The notes beneath the pieces are model-generated. The model saw only the letters and a program-made list of their open reading frames with translations. It was not told the DNA's origin and did not search any database. The position numbers were made by a program, and so were the translations under genes. Positions 27,169 to 35,470 of a stretch of 54,207 nucleotides of DNA are shown here, in pieces (position 1 is the stretch's first letter; each line of letters opens with the position of its first letter). The stretch is from an uncultured Nitrospiraceae bacterium. GTDB lineage: Bacteria > Hydrogenedentota > Hydrogenedentia > Hydrogenedentales > SLHB01. The DNA is taken from contig CAZFOG010000004.1 in NCBI GenBank assembly GCA_964520685.1, forward strand, positions 1 through 54,207. The letters run 5' to 3'.

Positions 27169-28581
27169 ATGCGCTGTGTTGAGATTATCTGTGTGTTTAC
27201 CGGATGTGCCCTTTTGGGGACGGCTGCCCACGGCGTCCAGGCGACCATCGCACCGGACCGGATGCTGGTTGTTGATGGCGAGCGAACCTTCGTCATTGGG
27301 CTCTATGAGAACCCGGCGGACAACGCAGCGCTCGAGGCCGCTGCAAAAGCGGGTTTCAATCTGGTCCATTCCAGCGCCGATGTGGGGGCGCTCGAACGCC
27401 TGCACGGACACAAGCTCTGGGCGTGGATAAACACCGGCGGCAGCATTGATCTCAGCGAGGACCAGGCGGCCCGGGAAGACAGTCTCAATCGGATGGTGGC
27501 CGATTTTGGCGGGCATCCGGCCCTGCTGGTGTGGGAAGTGCCCGACGAGGCCCTATGGAACTGCTTCTATGGCGCCATCCAATGGCGGCGCAGCCAGGAG
27601 CCGGCCCAGTTGCGCGACAAAATAGACGCTCTCACGGACGAAGCCGTGCGGACCGAACTGCGCCAAATGCTCCAGACCTCGAGCGAGCTCTGGCGGCAGG
27701 GGCTGTATGCCGAATCGGAGGCAACGGCCGACAGCGTCTGGCAAAAACTGGGCGAAGAGTCGCCAAGACCGGCTTATGGCCTCTCGGATGCACCCGAGCG
27801 CGCCGCGAAAATGTGCGCGGGTATGCTCCAAGGCTACGAATTCCTGAAAAAAACGGATCCCAATCATCCTATCTGGATGAATCACGCTCCGCGCAATCAG
27901 CTCAACCAGTTGGCCGCGTTTAACCGGGGCGCCGATATCGTTGGCTGCGACATTTATCCCGTGCGGGAGTTCGAGACCGGCCATTCCGACTTGGCCGAGC
28001 GGACTTTGGCCGCGGTTGGGGCCTACACGGACCGCATGCAGGCCGCCGCGCCCGGCAAACCGGTCTGGATGGTCCTTCAAGGGTTCGGATGGCGCGATAT
28101 CAGCGATGCTCCGGACCCGGACCCCGAGAATGGGCGTCGCCCGACCCTCGAGGAAACCCGCTTCATGGCCTACGACGCCATCGTACACGGCGCGCGCGGG
28201 ATTCTGTATTGGGGAACGGCGTATATCGAGAAGGATTCGCAACTGTGGCAGGATTTATTGACCGTAATTGCTGAGTTGGATGCCCTTCAGCCGGTGTTGT
28301 CGGCGCAGGATGCCTCCGGTGAATTTCCTGTGGCTACAGCCGAGACGTTCGGGTCGGTAGACCGGGGGATTCGTGTCCTCCCGAAGGTTGTCTCGGGCAA
28401 GGTCTGGTTTCTGGTCGTGAATGACTGGACCGATCCGCTCACGTACACGATCCGGGGTCTCGATGATTTCAACAACTCGCGATACGTCGAGAACTACACC
28501 GAGAACGAAGCCACCGTCATGGGTGGCGCGCTTACTTTCACGATTCCCGGCCAGCGTGTTCATGTTCTCATACCGGAGTAA
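27169..28581 (+). CDS. Secreted glycoside-hydrolase-like TIM-barrel protein (family not assignable by eye)
   Basis: Signal peptide MRCVEIICVFTGCALLGTAAHG, with RBS GAAGGAG 7 nt upstream. HPALLVWEVPDEALW resembles the beta-4 acid/base region of clan GH-A enzymes. Product call is weak. Confidence 0.5.
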   Translation: MRCVEIICVFTGCALLGTAAHGVQATIAPDRMLVVDGERTFVIGLYENPADNAALEAAAKAGFNLVHSSADVGALERLHGHKLWAWINTGGSIDLSEDQAAREDSLNRMVADFGGHPALLVWEVPDEALWNCFYGAIQWRRSQEPAQLRDKIDALTDEAVRTELRQMLQTSSELWRQGLYAESEATADSVWQKLGEESPRPAYGLSDAPERAAKMCAGMLQGYEFLKKTDPNHPIWMNHAPRNQLNQLAAFNRGADIVGCDIYPVREFETGHSDLAERTLAAVGAYTDRMQAAAPGKPVWMVLQGFGWRDISDAPDPDPENGRRPTLEETRFMAYDAIVHGARGILYWGTAYIEKDSQLWQDLLTVIAELDALQPVLSAQDASGEFPVATAETFGSVDRGIRVLPKVVSGKVWFLVVNDWTDPLTYTIRGLDDFNNSRYVENYTENEATVMGGALTFTIPGQRVHVLIPE

Positions 28582-28585
28582 CTGC

Positions 28586-29875
28586 ATGACGCCGCGAGAT
28601 ATCCTTGCCAGCCACAGCGCGGAAGATCTGTTTTCCCGATTACCCGCCAACCGGGTGGGCGAAGCCGAGCGGCGCTACATGGCCGAGGTCCTCGATGCAG
28701 GTTTCAGCAACAAGGGCGAATCCGCGGGCGCGTTGCGGCGACTTGAGGAGGCCTTCGCGCGCCGGTTTGGGGTGCCGTATGCCATCACCCACAATTCGGG
28801 CACCGGCACGATGCAGTCCTGCCTGCTGGGGGCGGGCGTCGGGCCGGGAGACGAGGTCATTGTGCCCACCAGCACCATGGCCTCGACGGCGTTTGTGGTG
28901 GTGCAATGCGGCGCCGTGGTGGTGTTCGCTGACAGCGACCCCGACCGGTTCACTATTGACCCCGAAGACGTCAAGCGCAAGATCACTGAGCACACCAAGG
29001 CCATTATTCCCGTCAGCGTGTTTGGGCTGGCCCCCGACTACGAGCCGCTGCTCGAGCTTGCCCGGGAGCACGATCTGACCGTCATCGAGGACAATGCCGA
29101 ATGTTTCCTCGGCGAATACAAAGGGCGGCTCGTTGGCACGATAGGCCACGCCGCCAGCTTCAGTTTTCAGGCCTCGAAGCACATGACCAGCGGCGGCGAC
29201 GGCGGCATCGTCATTACCAGCGATGAAGATTATGCGCGGCGCATTCGCAAGGCCGCGGTGGTGGGATACGCGGCTGTGGGCGCGAAACCCGGCTCGACTA
29301 TGGTGCCGCGCGACGTCCGCCAGGACTGGAGCTATTGCCGGCACGACGCGATGGGCTACAACTTCCGCATGTCCGCCCCGCAGGCAGCTCTTGCTCTCGG
29401 CCAGCTCGAACGATTGGACTACCTCGTGGCCGCCCGCATGTATATCGCCGCGCAATACGAGGCGGTCATCCATGAGGAAAAATGCGAATGGCTTATTCCA
29501 CCGTATGCGCCCGAGGATTGCGTCCACTCCTATTGGTGCTACGCCTGCAAACTCGACGAGGAACGGGTGGGTGTAGACTGGCGAACGTTCCGCAAGACCT
29601 ATATCGAAAAGGGCGGGGACGGCCTGTACGGACTTTGGACCCCCGTTCATCTCGAACCCGTGTTTCGGAGCCTCAGTTTCTATGGAGCGCCCGAACGCGC
29701 GCCGAATTTCGACCCCCGGTACAAAGGCAGCGTCAAAGCCTACCGCGAAGGGGATTGTCCCAACGTCGAGGACTACCGCAAACGCCTGTGCCTCTTCAAG
29801 ACAGGCATGCAGACCCTCGACAAGGTCCACCGGGAATTGGACGCCCTTCGCGCCACGATCCGCCATTACGCGTAA
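28586..29875 (+). CDS. DegT/DnrJ/EryC1/StrS-family PLP sugar aminotransferase/dehydratase
   Basis: The internal ATG at 28586 (MTPRDILASH) lies 4 nt after the upstream stop, with GGAG upstream. Motifs HNSGTGTMQSCLLGAGVGPGDEVIVPT, IIPVSVFGLAPDY and the PLP-lysine context SFQASKHMTSGGDGG. Confidence 0.85.
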   Translation: MTPRDILASHSAEDLFSRLPANRVGEAERRYMAEVLDAGFSNKGESAGALRRLEEAFARRFGVPYAITHNSGTGTMQSCLLGAGVGPGDEVIVPTSTMASTAFVVVQCGAVVVFADSDPDRFTIDPEDVKRKITEHTKAIIPVSVFGLAPDYEPLLELAREHDLTVIEDNAECFLGEYKGRLVGTIGHAASFSFQASKHMTSGGDGGIVITSDEDYARRIRKAAVVGYAAVGAKPGSTMVPRDVRQDWSYCRHDAMGYNFRMSAPQAALALGQLERLDYLVAARMYIAAQYEAVIHEEKCEWLIPPYAPEDCVHSYWCYACKLDEERVGVDWRTFRKTYIEKGGDGLYGLWTPVHLEPVFRSLSFYGAPERAPNFDPRYKGSVKAYREGDCPNVEDYRKRLCLFKTGMQTLDKVHRELDALRATIRHYA

Positions 29876-29888
29876 GGAGCAGCAGACT

Positions 29889-30812
29889 TCAGCCTTCCTC
29901 GTTGCGTCCGGCGAAGAGTTCGAGGCGCGTTCGCAGGGATTCTCCAGGCGCCAGCCGGGCGCATTGACCGCGGGCCCGGGCTTCATTGACCGACAGCGGC
30001 ATGGCGCTGCAGGGCTCGATGACCATGGTGTAGTGGCCGTAGAAACCACCGTAGGAAGCGAAAAAGCACGCGTACGGGAACACCGCCATGTCAAAGGTGT
30101 ACCGAAACGTCAGGTTTGACGAAGGACGGTGCCAGGCCAGTTCGCCGCGTTCGAGGTCGTACAGGAAGAAGAAGTCGGTCGCGCCAATGTTTCCCGGGAC
30201 CGTATCGACGCGCGTGCCGTCGACCATCGGCCACAAAAACGGCGCGGCGTCACTGTACCGGCTCCAGGCCGAATCCGCCACACAGGCGCTACGCGCCGGA
30301 CATTGAATGACGTCGCCTTCGGCAATACGCAGCGCCGCGTGAGGTTTCCAGAGAAAATGGCGCTCGGCATCTGCCGTGTTGGTGATGACATAGTCGAAAA
30401 ACACGCGTGGACTCGCCGCGTCCAATGACATATGCCGGCCGTACTGAAGGCCGCTGAGAGGCAACAGGCCGCTACAGTGGAGGCCGTCGCCGGATGCGGT
30501 TGCCGACAGGGAAAGGGTCCACAGTTCCCCATGGTCGGGATAGGGCACGCCGTCGACGCGTTCCGGGACGTCGCCCGGCAGGATCTCATCGATCCCCCCG
30601 TAGAAATTCGGGTCATAGGCGCTGCCCGGCGGGCAGGGGGTCAGCCACAATGACGTGTTGCGCCAGAGGAACTCGTGGCCGGTAGGTTTGTGGCGCAGAC
30701 TGGTAATCTTGCCGCCCACCCGGGGGGCTACAGACACCACAAGGTGGTCTGACTCCAAAATGACGAGCTGGGTGTCGTCCACGAGGCCGTTTTGCATTTT
30801 TGCCGGTTTCAT
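29889..30812 (-). CDS. Galactose-mutarotase-like / aldose-1-epimerase-fold protein
   Basis: Beta-rich protein with VAPRVGGKITSLRHKPTGHEFLW and PDHGELW motifs, reminiscent of the aldose epimerase superfamily. No signal peptide. Last gene of the minus-strand glycan cluster. Confidence 0.5.
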   Translation of the reverse strand: MKPAKMQNGLVDDTQLVILESDHLVVSVAPRVGGKITSLRHKPTGHEFLWRNTSLWLTPCPPGSAYDPNFYGGIDEILPGDVPERVDGVPYPDHGELWTLSLSATASGDGLHCSGLLPLSGLQYGRHMSLDAASPRVFFDYVITNTADAERHFLWKPHAALRIAEGDVIQCPARSACVADSAWSRYSDAAPFLWPMVDGTRVDTVPGNIGATDFFFLYDLERGELAWHRPSSNLTFRYTFDMAVFPYACFFASYGGFYGHYTMVIEPCSAMPLSVNEARARGQCARLAPGESLRTRLELFAGRNEEG

Positions 30813-30825
30813 GCCTTACATGGGC

Positions 30826-33800
30826 TTACGGTACGTATCGGGCCCTTACCTCAACAACGCCGGTCTTTCCGGAAAGGTCGACATCGCCGGTGTCTGCTCG
30901 GAACGCCGGGTGCAGAACCCCGTCCACCAGCACATCCGCGATGGGTTTGCGTTCCGGATGGCGAAAGCGGAGTACGATGCGCTCAGGCGGTTCGTCAAGG
31001 TCCAGGTATGCGGTTGCGTGCAGGGCGTTCTTTCCCGCGACCGGCACATACCGGACACCGGCCTTTCCGAAATAGGTTACAACGTCGCGCGCCTCGAACG
31101 GTTCCGGCTGGGCAAACCATGCCCGCGGGATCGCCCGGCCCAGGTGCAGAAGCTCGTCATTGGCGTATACAAACATGTAGCGGAGCCACATCATGGCGTT
31201 CGCCTGGTCGCTGGTCTTGAAATTCGCGGCATTCGAGAATCCCAGGAACGGGATGGGATGCTCGACCATGGCGTTCAGCTCTTCGCGATAGCATGCTGCC
31301 CAGGCGTTGTAAAACATCCAGATGTACACTTCCGGCTCGTCGCGTTCCAGGTACGGGAGCAGGCCTGCCAGGAGATTCGGCTGAATCGAGAAGCCCGCCC
31401 GGTCAAACCACGTTTTCTCGAAATGGGGGATGAGATAACCATACGGCGGCGCCGGGTACCGGTTGTCCTGGTAATCCTCGAGAATCCAGTCCGCCTCGGC
31501 GCCCGTGTCTGAATAGAGCCCGGACAGGAGCAGGTAGACTGCTCCTTCGAGGGTTTCGCGTATCCACCCGAGGTCGCGGCCGCGGCGGTATAACCGGCTG
31601 GGGTAATGGGGCACCCAGCGGCCGTCGCGCAAGCGCACGAGCGGGGCATACTGGCGCATGGTCTCGAATCCCTCGATGAGGTCGTTCCTGTAGCCATTCG
31701 CTTCGCTGCGCACCCTGTACGCTTCGGGGTGCTCGATGCGTTCGAGGGCGCGCGCGGTCCATTCAACACCGCGCCAGGTGAGGGCGTTCGTCGAGAGCCA
31801 ATAGTGGAAATCCTCGACGTCCTCGAGACTGCCCGCGGGCAAGAATCCGTATTCCCATCCGCGAGAACGGGGGAGGGGTTTCATTGTGTTCTTGCGCTGG
31901 CGGAATACCCAGTCCGCCCCGGAGATCGCGGCGTCCGCCACGCTTTGGTACCACTTGGCGTCGCGCGTCAGGAAGAAGTGCTCGGCCAGGCACCACAAGA
32001 CCCAGCCGTGATGCTGGTTATACGCTCCCGATTCGAACCCGCCCGCACCATAGAACATGCCCTCATAGTCGGTGAAATTGCCGGGCTGTGTGGCCGTTCC
32101 CTGGTATGCAACCCAGAGCATCAGGCGTTTGCGCGCCTCCTCGTGGAGACCGCGCTGGTCCAGGTCGTGGACGATCATGCACGACTCGTTGGTGAAATTG
32201 CCGTAGGTGGCGGTCCCTACCGATGTATTGACCAGACCGCTGCCGTCGGGCATCTCAAAATCCGTGATGTACACGTGGCAGGGATGGGACCGGTGCAGCG
32301 ATTCGAGCTGCGGTTCGGGGGTGCGCACTGTGGCGCCCCGGTCTGCCTTGCGGGTCCAGTATGCCCGCGCATCGTTGCAGCACGATTCGAAATCAAGCGC
32401 CTCCAGCGATGCCAGTTCTTCCTCGGTGTCCAATGCCACGTAAGGAATCTTAATGACCGTGTCGCACGACGCTCCCGGGGCCAATTCCTGCGACAGTTCG
32501 ATCGCCCCGTCGCGTCCCGCCGCCAGCATCGAGGTCTCCACAAGGCACCGCAACGCGGGGGCTCCTTCCCATTCGCTGAAGATCCGGTTCCCGCTCAGGC
32601 TCAACGGCGCCATCGGGCTTTTCGGCACAAGATCGTCGCCGGCATCCGCAGGAGTGCAGCGGTACCGGTTCTCCGTTCTACTCGAATTGTCTGAATAGCG
32701 TATGGGAAGCGCCGCCGTGACCGCGGCGGCGCCGCGGTTCTCAAAGCGGAACCGCACCAATGCCACCATAGGGTCATCGCTTGCCCATGTTTCCGCCAGG
32801 ACCGAGTATTCCAGCGGCACCGCCAGACTCTTCTGCAACACGGTCAGGCCGCCCCTGCGACGCGCGATGCTGTAGGCCAGCACGGGGCCGGGGTCCGCAT
32901 ACCGCGCGGTGTACATCCACGTCTCGAGGCCGAAAAAGAACCGTGCGCTTCCGTTCTGCTTTGTCCGCGGCGTATCACCTGCCGGTACGCGGGGTATGGC
33001 CAGCGAACACAGCACCACGTCGCCGTTGGGCTCGATACGGAAGTTCTGGCGCGCGTGTGTGCAGCCGATGGCATAGTTGCCGCTGTGGGGCCGCGGCTGG
33101 CCGTTCACCGCGCCCGCGAGAGACTGCTCAGGATGGGCCTTTACGCGCGCCGTAAGCGTCTGTTCGCCGCAATAGAGCGCTTTGTATTGCTCGAGGGAGA
33201 TGCCACCCCAATCTTCTTCGTCAGACGCCGTGATGAGGACACCCAGGTGTTCGCACCATACCGGGTCTTGGGCCACATCGCGCAGGGAAATCGTAAACCG
33301 GTCGTTTTCGAGGATGAATGTGAGTTGGGGAGCCAGCAGCTCAAAACCAGGCGAATCCGGATACCGGAGCGCCACGGTGAAGGTGCGTTCGGCGTTGCCC
33401 GCCGTCTCGAGGCACTCGTTCATTTGCAGCAGGCCCGGCCCGGTCCGCACCGCTCCGAGAATGGCGTAATGGGCCTCCATCCGTACCGTGCGTGAAGGGG
33501 TGGGCCGTCCGGCATCCAGTTGCACGTGAAGCCGCAGGGGCGACACGTCAGCGCCAGTGAACACGGAAACCCGCTCGATGATGCTGTCTTCGGGCACCTC
33601 GATGCGCAGTCCCAGGGTCCGGCGGTAGCATGCCGAGCCAAGAGCGCACTGAGGAAACTCCGATTTCAACGGTTCGAAGCGAACTCTCAGCCGGCGGCGG
33701 CCGTCGTGGTCAATCGCCACTGCCGCAGATTGCCATGTGCCGTTGAACCAGTCGTCCTGGGGAATCCAGCCCGCCATGGCGGGCTCGGAATCGTCATACA

Positions 33801-33969
33801 CCACATCCGGCCAGGTCTTGCGCCAATAGGAGAGGGCGAAAACCTGGGGACTGCGCCTGGCAAACTGAATTTCGACGGATGCAATGTTCTGGGGCTCTTC
33901 AAACCAGAACTCATTGGGTGGGGAATTGGGCAGCGCAAACGCCGCAATGTCTATTTCATTGGCATACAT
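30826..33969 (-). CDS. Large cytoplasmic glycoside-hydrolase-like protein (probable alpha/alpha-barrel catalytic region; family unknown)
   Basis: The track start at 34014 is a TTG that overlaps the MttB-family gene by 20 nt. The first ATG at 33969 (MYANEIDIAAF) removes the overlap and has GGGAG upstream. No signal peptide. Its central-C-terminal region (YNQHHGWVLWCLAEHFFLTRDAKWY...) resembles six-hairpin glycosidases. The CDS is solid; the product is uncertain. Confidence 0.5.
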   Translation of the reverse strand: MYANEIDIAAFALPNSPPNEFWFEEPQNIASVEIQFARRSPQVFALSYWRKTWPDVVYDDSEPAMAGWIPQDDWFNGTWQSAAVAIDHDGRRRLRVRFEPLKSEFPQCALGSACYRRTLGLRIEVPEDSIIERVSVFTGADVSPLRLHVQLDAGRPTPSRTVRMEAHYAILGAVRTGPGLLQMNECLETAGNAERTFTVALRYPDSPGFELLAPQLTFILENDRFTISLRDVAQDPVWCEHLGVLITASDEEDWGGISLEQYKALYCGEQTLTARVKAHPEQSLAGAVNGQPRPHSGNYAIGCTHARQNFRIEPNGDVVLCSLAIPRVPAGDTPRTKQNGSARFFFGLETWMYTARYADPGPVLAYSIARRRGGLTVLQKSLAVPLEYSVLAETWASDDPMVALVRFRFENRGAAAVTAALPIRYSDNSSRTENRYRCTPADAGDDLVPKSPMAPLSLSGNRIFSEWEGAPALRCLVETSMLAAGRDGAIELSQELAPGASCDTVIKIPYVALDTEEELASLEALDFESCCNDARAYWTRKADRGATVRTPEPQLESLHRSHPCHVYITDFEMPDGSGLVNTSVGTATYGNFTNESCMIVHDLDQRGLHEEARKRLMLWVAYQGTATQPGNFTDYEGMFYGAGGFESGAYNQHHGWVLWCLAEHFFLTRDAKWYQSVADAAISGADWVFRQRKNTMKPLPRSRGWEYGFLPAGSLEDVEDFHYWLSTNALTWRGVEWTARALERIEHPEAYRVRSEANGYRNDLIEGFETMRQYAPLVRLRDGRWVPHYPSRLYRRGRDLGWIRETLEGAVYLLLSGLYSDTGAEADWILEDYQDNRYPAPPYGYLIPHFEKTWFDRAGFSIQPNLLAGLLPYLERDEPEVYIWMFYNAWAACYREELNAMVEHPIPFLGFSNAANFKTSDQANAMMWLRYMFVYANDELLHLGRAIPRAWFAQPEPFEARDVVTYFGKAGVRYVPVAGKNALHATAYLDLDEPPERIVLRFRHPERKPIADVLVDGVLHPAFRADTGDVDLSGKTGVVEVRARYVP

Positions 33970-33994
33970 CCACCGTAACTCCCGTCTTCTTATC

Positions 33995-35431
33995 TCAACT
34001 CTTCCCCGATTCAAATCCAGCCAGGATGGCGTTCAGCGCCCGCTGACGTTTCTCATCCAAGGGCGCCGATGGCGGACGATGGGCATAGTGGCGCGCCTTT
34101 TCACGGGCAAGCTGATAAGTGTCTTTCGAACCCGCCGCGTCCCACACGGCCTTCGGCCCGCGCACGGATACGCGAGGCGCGACGTATTCGTCACTCTGAA
34201 GGCGTTCGAGGGTGTGCAGGGCCGTCAGATAGCTCGGACCGTGCGGGCCAATGTCTTTGATCACTTCCGCGGCTATGGTGCCGTCGTTGACCTCGATTCC
34301 CCGGACAATTCTCTGGCAGATGGCGGCCATCTCCTCGTCCATAATCAACTGCTCGTGGCTGCACGTCATGCCCGTCGCGAACATGCCGCAGTTCACGATG
34401 AGGTCGTTGCCCGCACCCGCCGCGCAAAACAGGCTTAGCGCCTTCTCCCAGGCATTTTGTTCGTCGTGGGCGTGATTGTCCGAGTTGGGCGCCGTGGTGT
34501 GGGTGGGAATCCCGTAGAACGCTCCCAGTTGCGCCCCGGCGATGCGGCAAATGGTCGTTTCACAGGAGCCTACCAGGGCATACCCCTTCCGCATGTCCGT
34601 GGTGGTCCACGAATTCGCATATAGCACCGGCGCGCCGGGTTTGAGAAGCTGGGTCATGACCACCCCCGACAGGCACTCGGCGTTGTTCATGGTGAGGAGA
34701 CCTGCCAGGGTATAGGGGGCCGAGACTCCCGCGTTGGGTTCCGGCAGGATCGCCAGGGGCACGTCCGCCTCGACGGTCTGAATCAAGGCCTCGAGGACGT
34801 TTTCCTCCCAGAAGAGCGGGCTGGTGGGGGAGAGCTGGCTGATGCCGTAGGCCTTTCGCCGCAGGTCGCCCCGGAATGCAGTTCGCAAGAGTTCGATGAC
34901 GCCGCCGTTAATGCTGGCGCGGTCCGTCGAGAAGAAGATGGGCTTCTTACTGTTCTCGATGCAGGCCTTCACGCCGTAGAACAGCGTGTGCTCCGGGTGC
35001 GCAATGTCCTGGGGCATCACCGGAATGCCGATCATGTCGATGGCCGCAAGGTCCTCGCAGAGCCGGGCAAACTGCTCGACATCCGCGACGGTCGAGGGCC
35101 GCGTGGCGCCGGTGTCCGAATCGGCCCAGAACACCGCGTTGTGCCCGGCGGCGATTCTCGGGGGGCCTTCGCCAAGCACGAAGGCGGGACTGCCTTCACG
35201 GTCAAACACCTCGATGCGGCCAGGCACGCGCGCTACGGCGTCCTCGACAAGCGCCCGCGGAAATCGCGCTACGCGCCGGCCCCGGTCGATCTCGACGCCG
35301 TGCCTGGCGAGCTCCTCGAGCATCGCCAGGCTGTTAATCTCGATGCCGCAGGTTTCGAGAATGTCGAGCGATGCCTCATGGATCGCCCGAACCTCGTCGT
35401 GCGACAGCACCTGCAAGCATCCCAGCCGCAT
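33995..35431 (-). CDS. MttB-superfamily (trimethylamine/quaternary-amine:corrinoid methyltransferase-like) protein, non-pyrrolysine type
   Basis: N-terminus LSHDEVRAIHEASLDILETCGIEINSLAMLEELARHGVEIDRGRRVARFPRALVEDAVARVP follows the MttB family N-terminal pattern. Length of 478 aa is typical. There is no in-frame TAG. Confidence 0.75.
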   Translation of the reverse strand: MRLGCLQVLSHDEVRAIHEASLDILETCGIEINSLAMLEELARHGVEIDRGRRVARFPRALVEDAVARVPGRIEVFDREGSPAFVLGEGPPRIAAGHNAVFWADSDTGATRPSTVADVEQFARLCEDLAAIDMIGIPVMPQDIAHPEHTLFYGVKACIENSKKPIFFSTDRASINGGVIELLRTAFRGDLRRKAYGISQLSPTSPLFWEENVLEALIQTVEADVPLAILPEPNAGVSAPYTLAGLLTMNNAECLSGVVMTQLLKPGAPVLYANSWTTTDMRKGYALVGSCETTICRIAGAQLGAFYGIPTHTTAPNSDNHAHDEQNAWEKALSLFCAAGAGNDLIVNCGMFATGMTCSHEQLIMDEEMAAICQRIVRGIEVNDGTIAAEVIKDIGPHGPSYLTALHTLERLQSDEYVAPRVSVRGPKAVWDAAGSKDTYQLAREKARHYAHRPPSAPLDEKRQRALNAILAGFESGKS

Positions 35432-35470
35432 CCTGCTCTCCCCTGCCGGTATTGCGCAACCAACCCCGGT

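Noticed and set aside
33995-34014. 20-nt overlap between the MttB-family gene end and the track start (TTG at 34014) of the 1062-aa ORF
   Set aside because: Probably an artefact of taking the first possible start. The first ATG at 33969 with GGGAG upstream gives a 25-nt spacer instead. It is not evidence for programmed coupling.
33995-35431. Possible pyrrolysine (in-frame TAG) in the MttB-family gene
   Set aside because: The frame is open for all 478 codons with no internal TAG, so this is a non-Pyl MttB-superfamily member.
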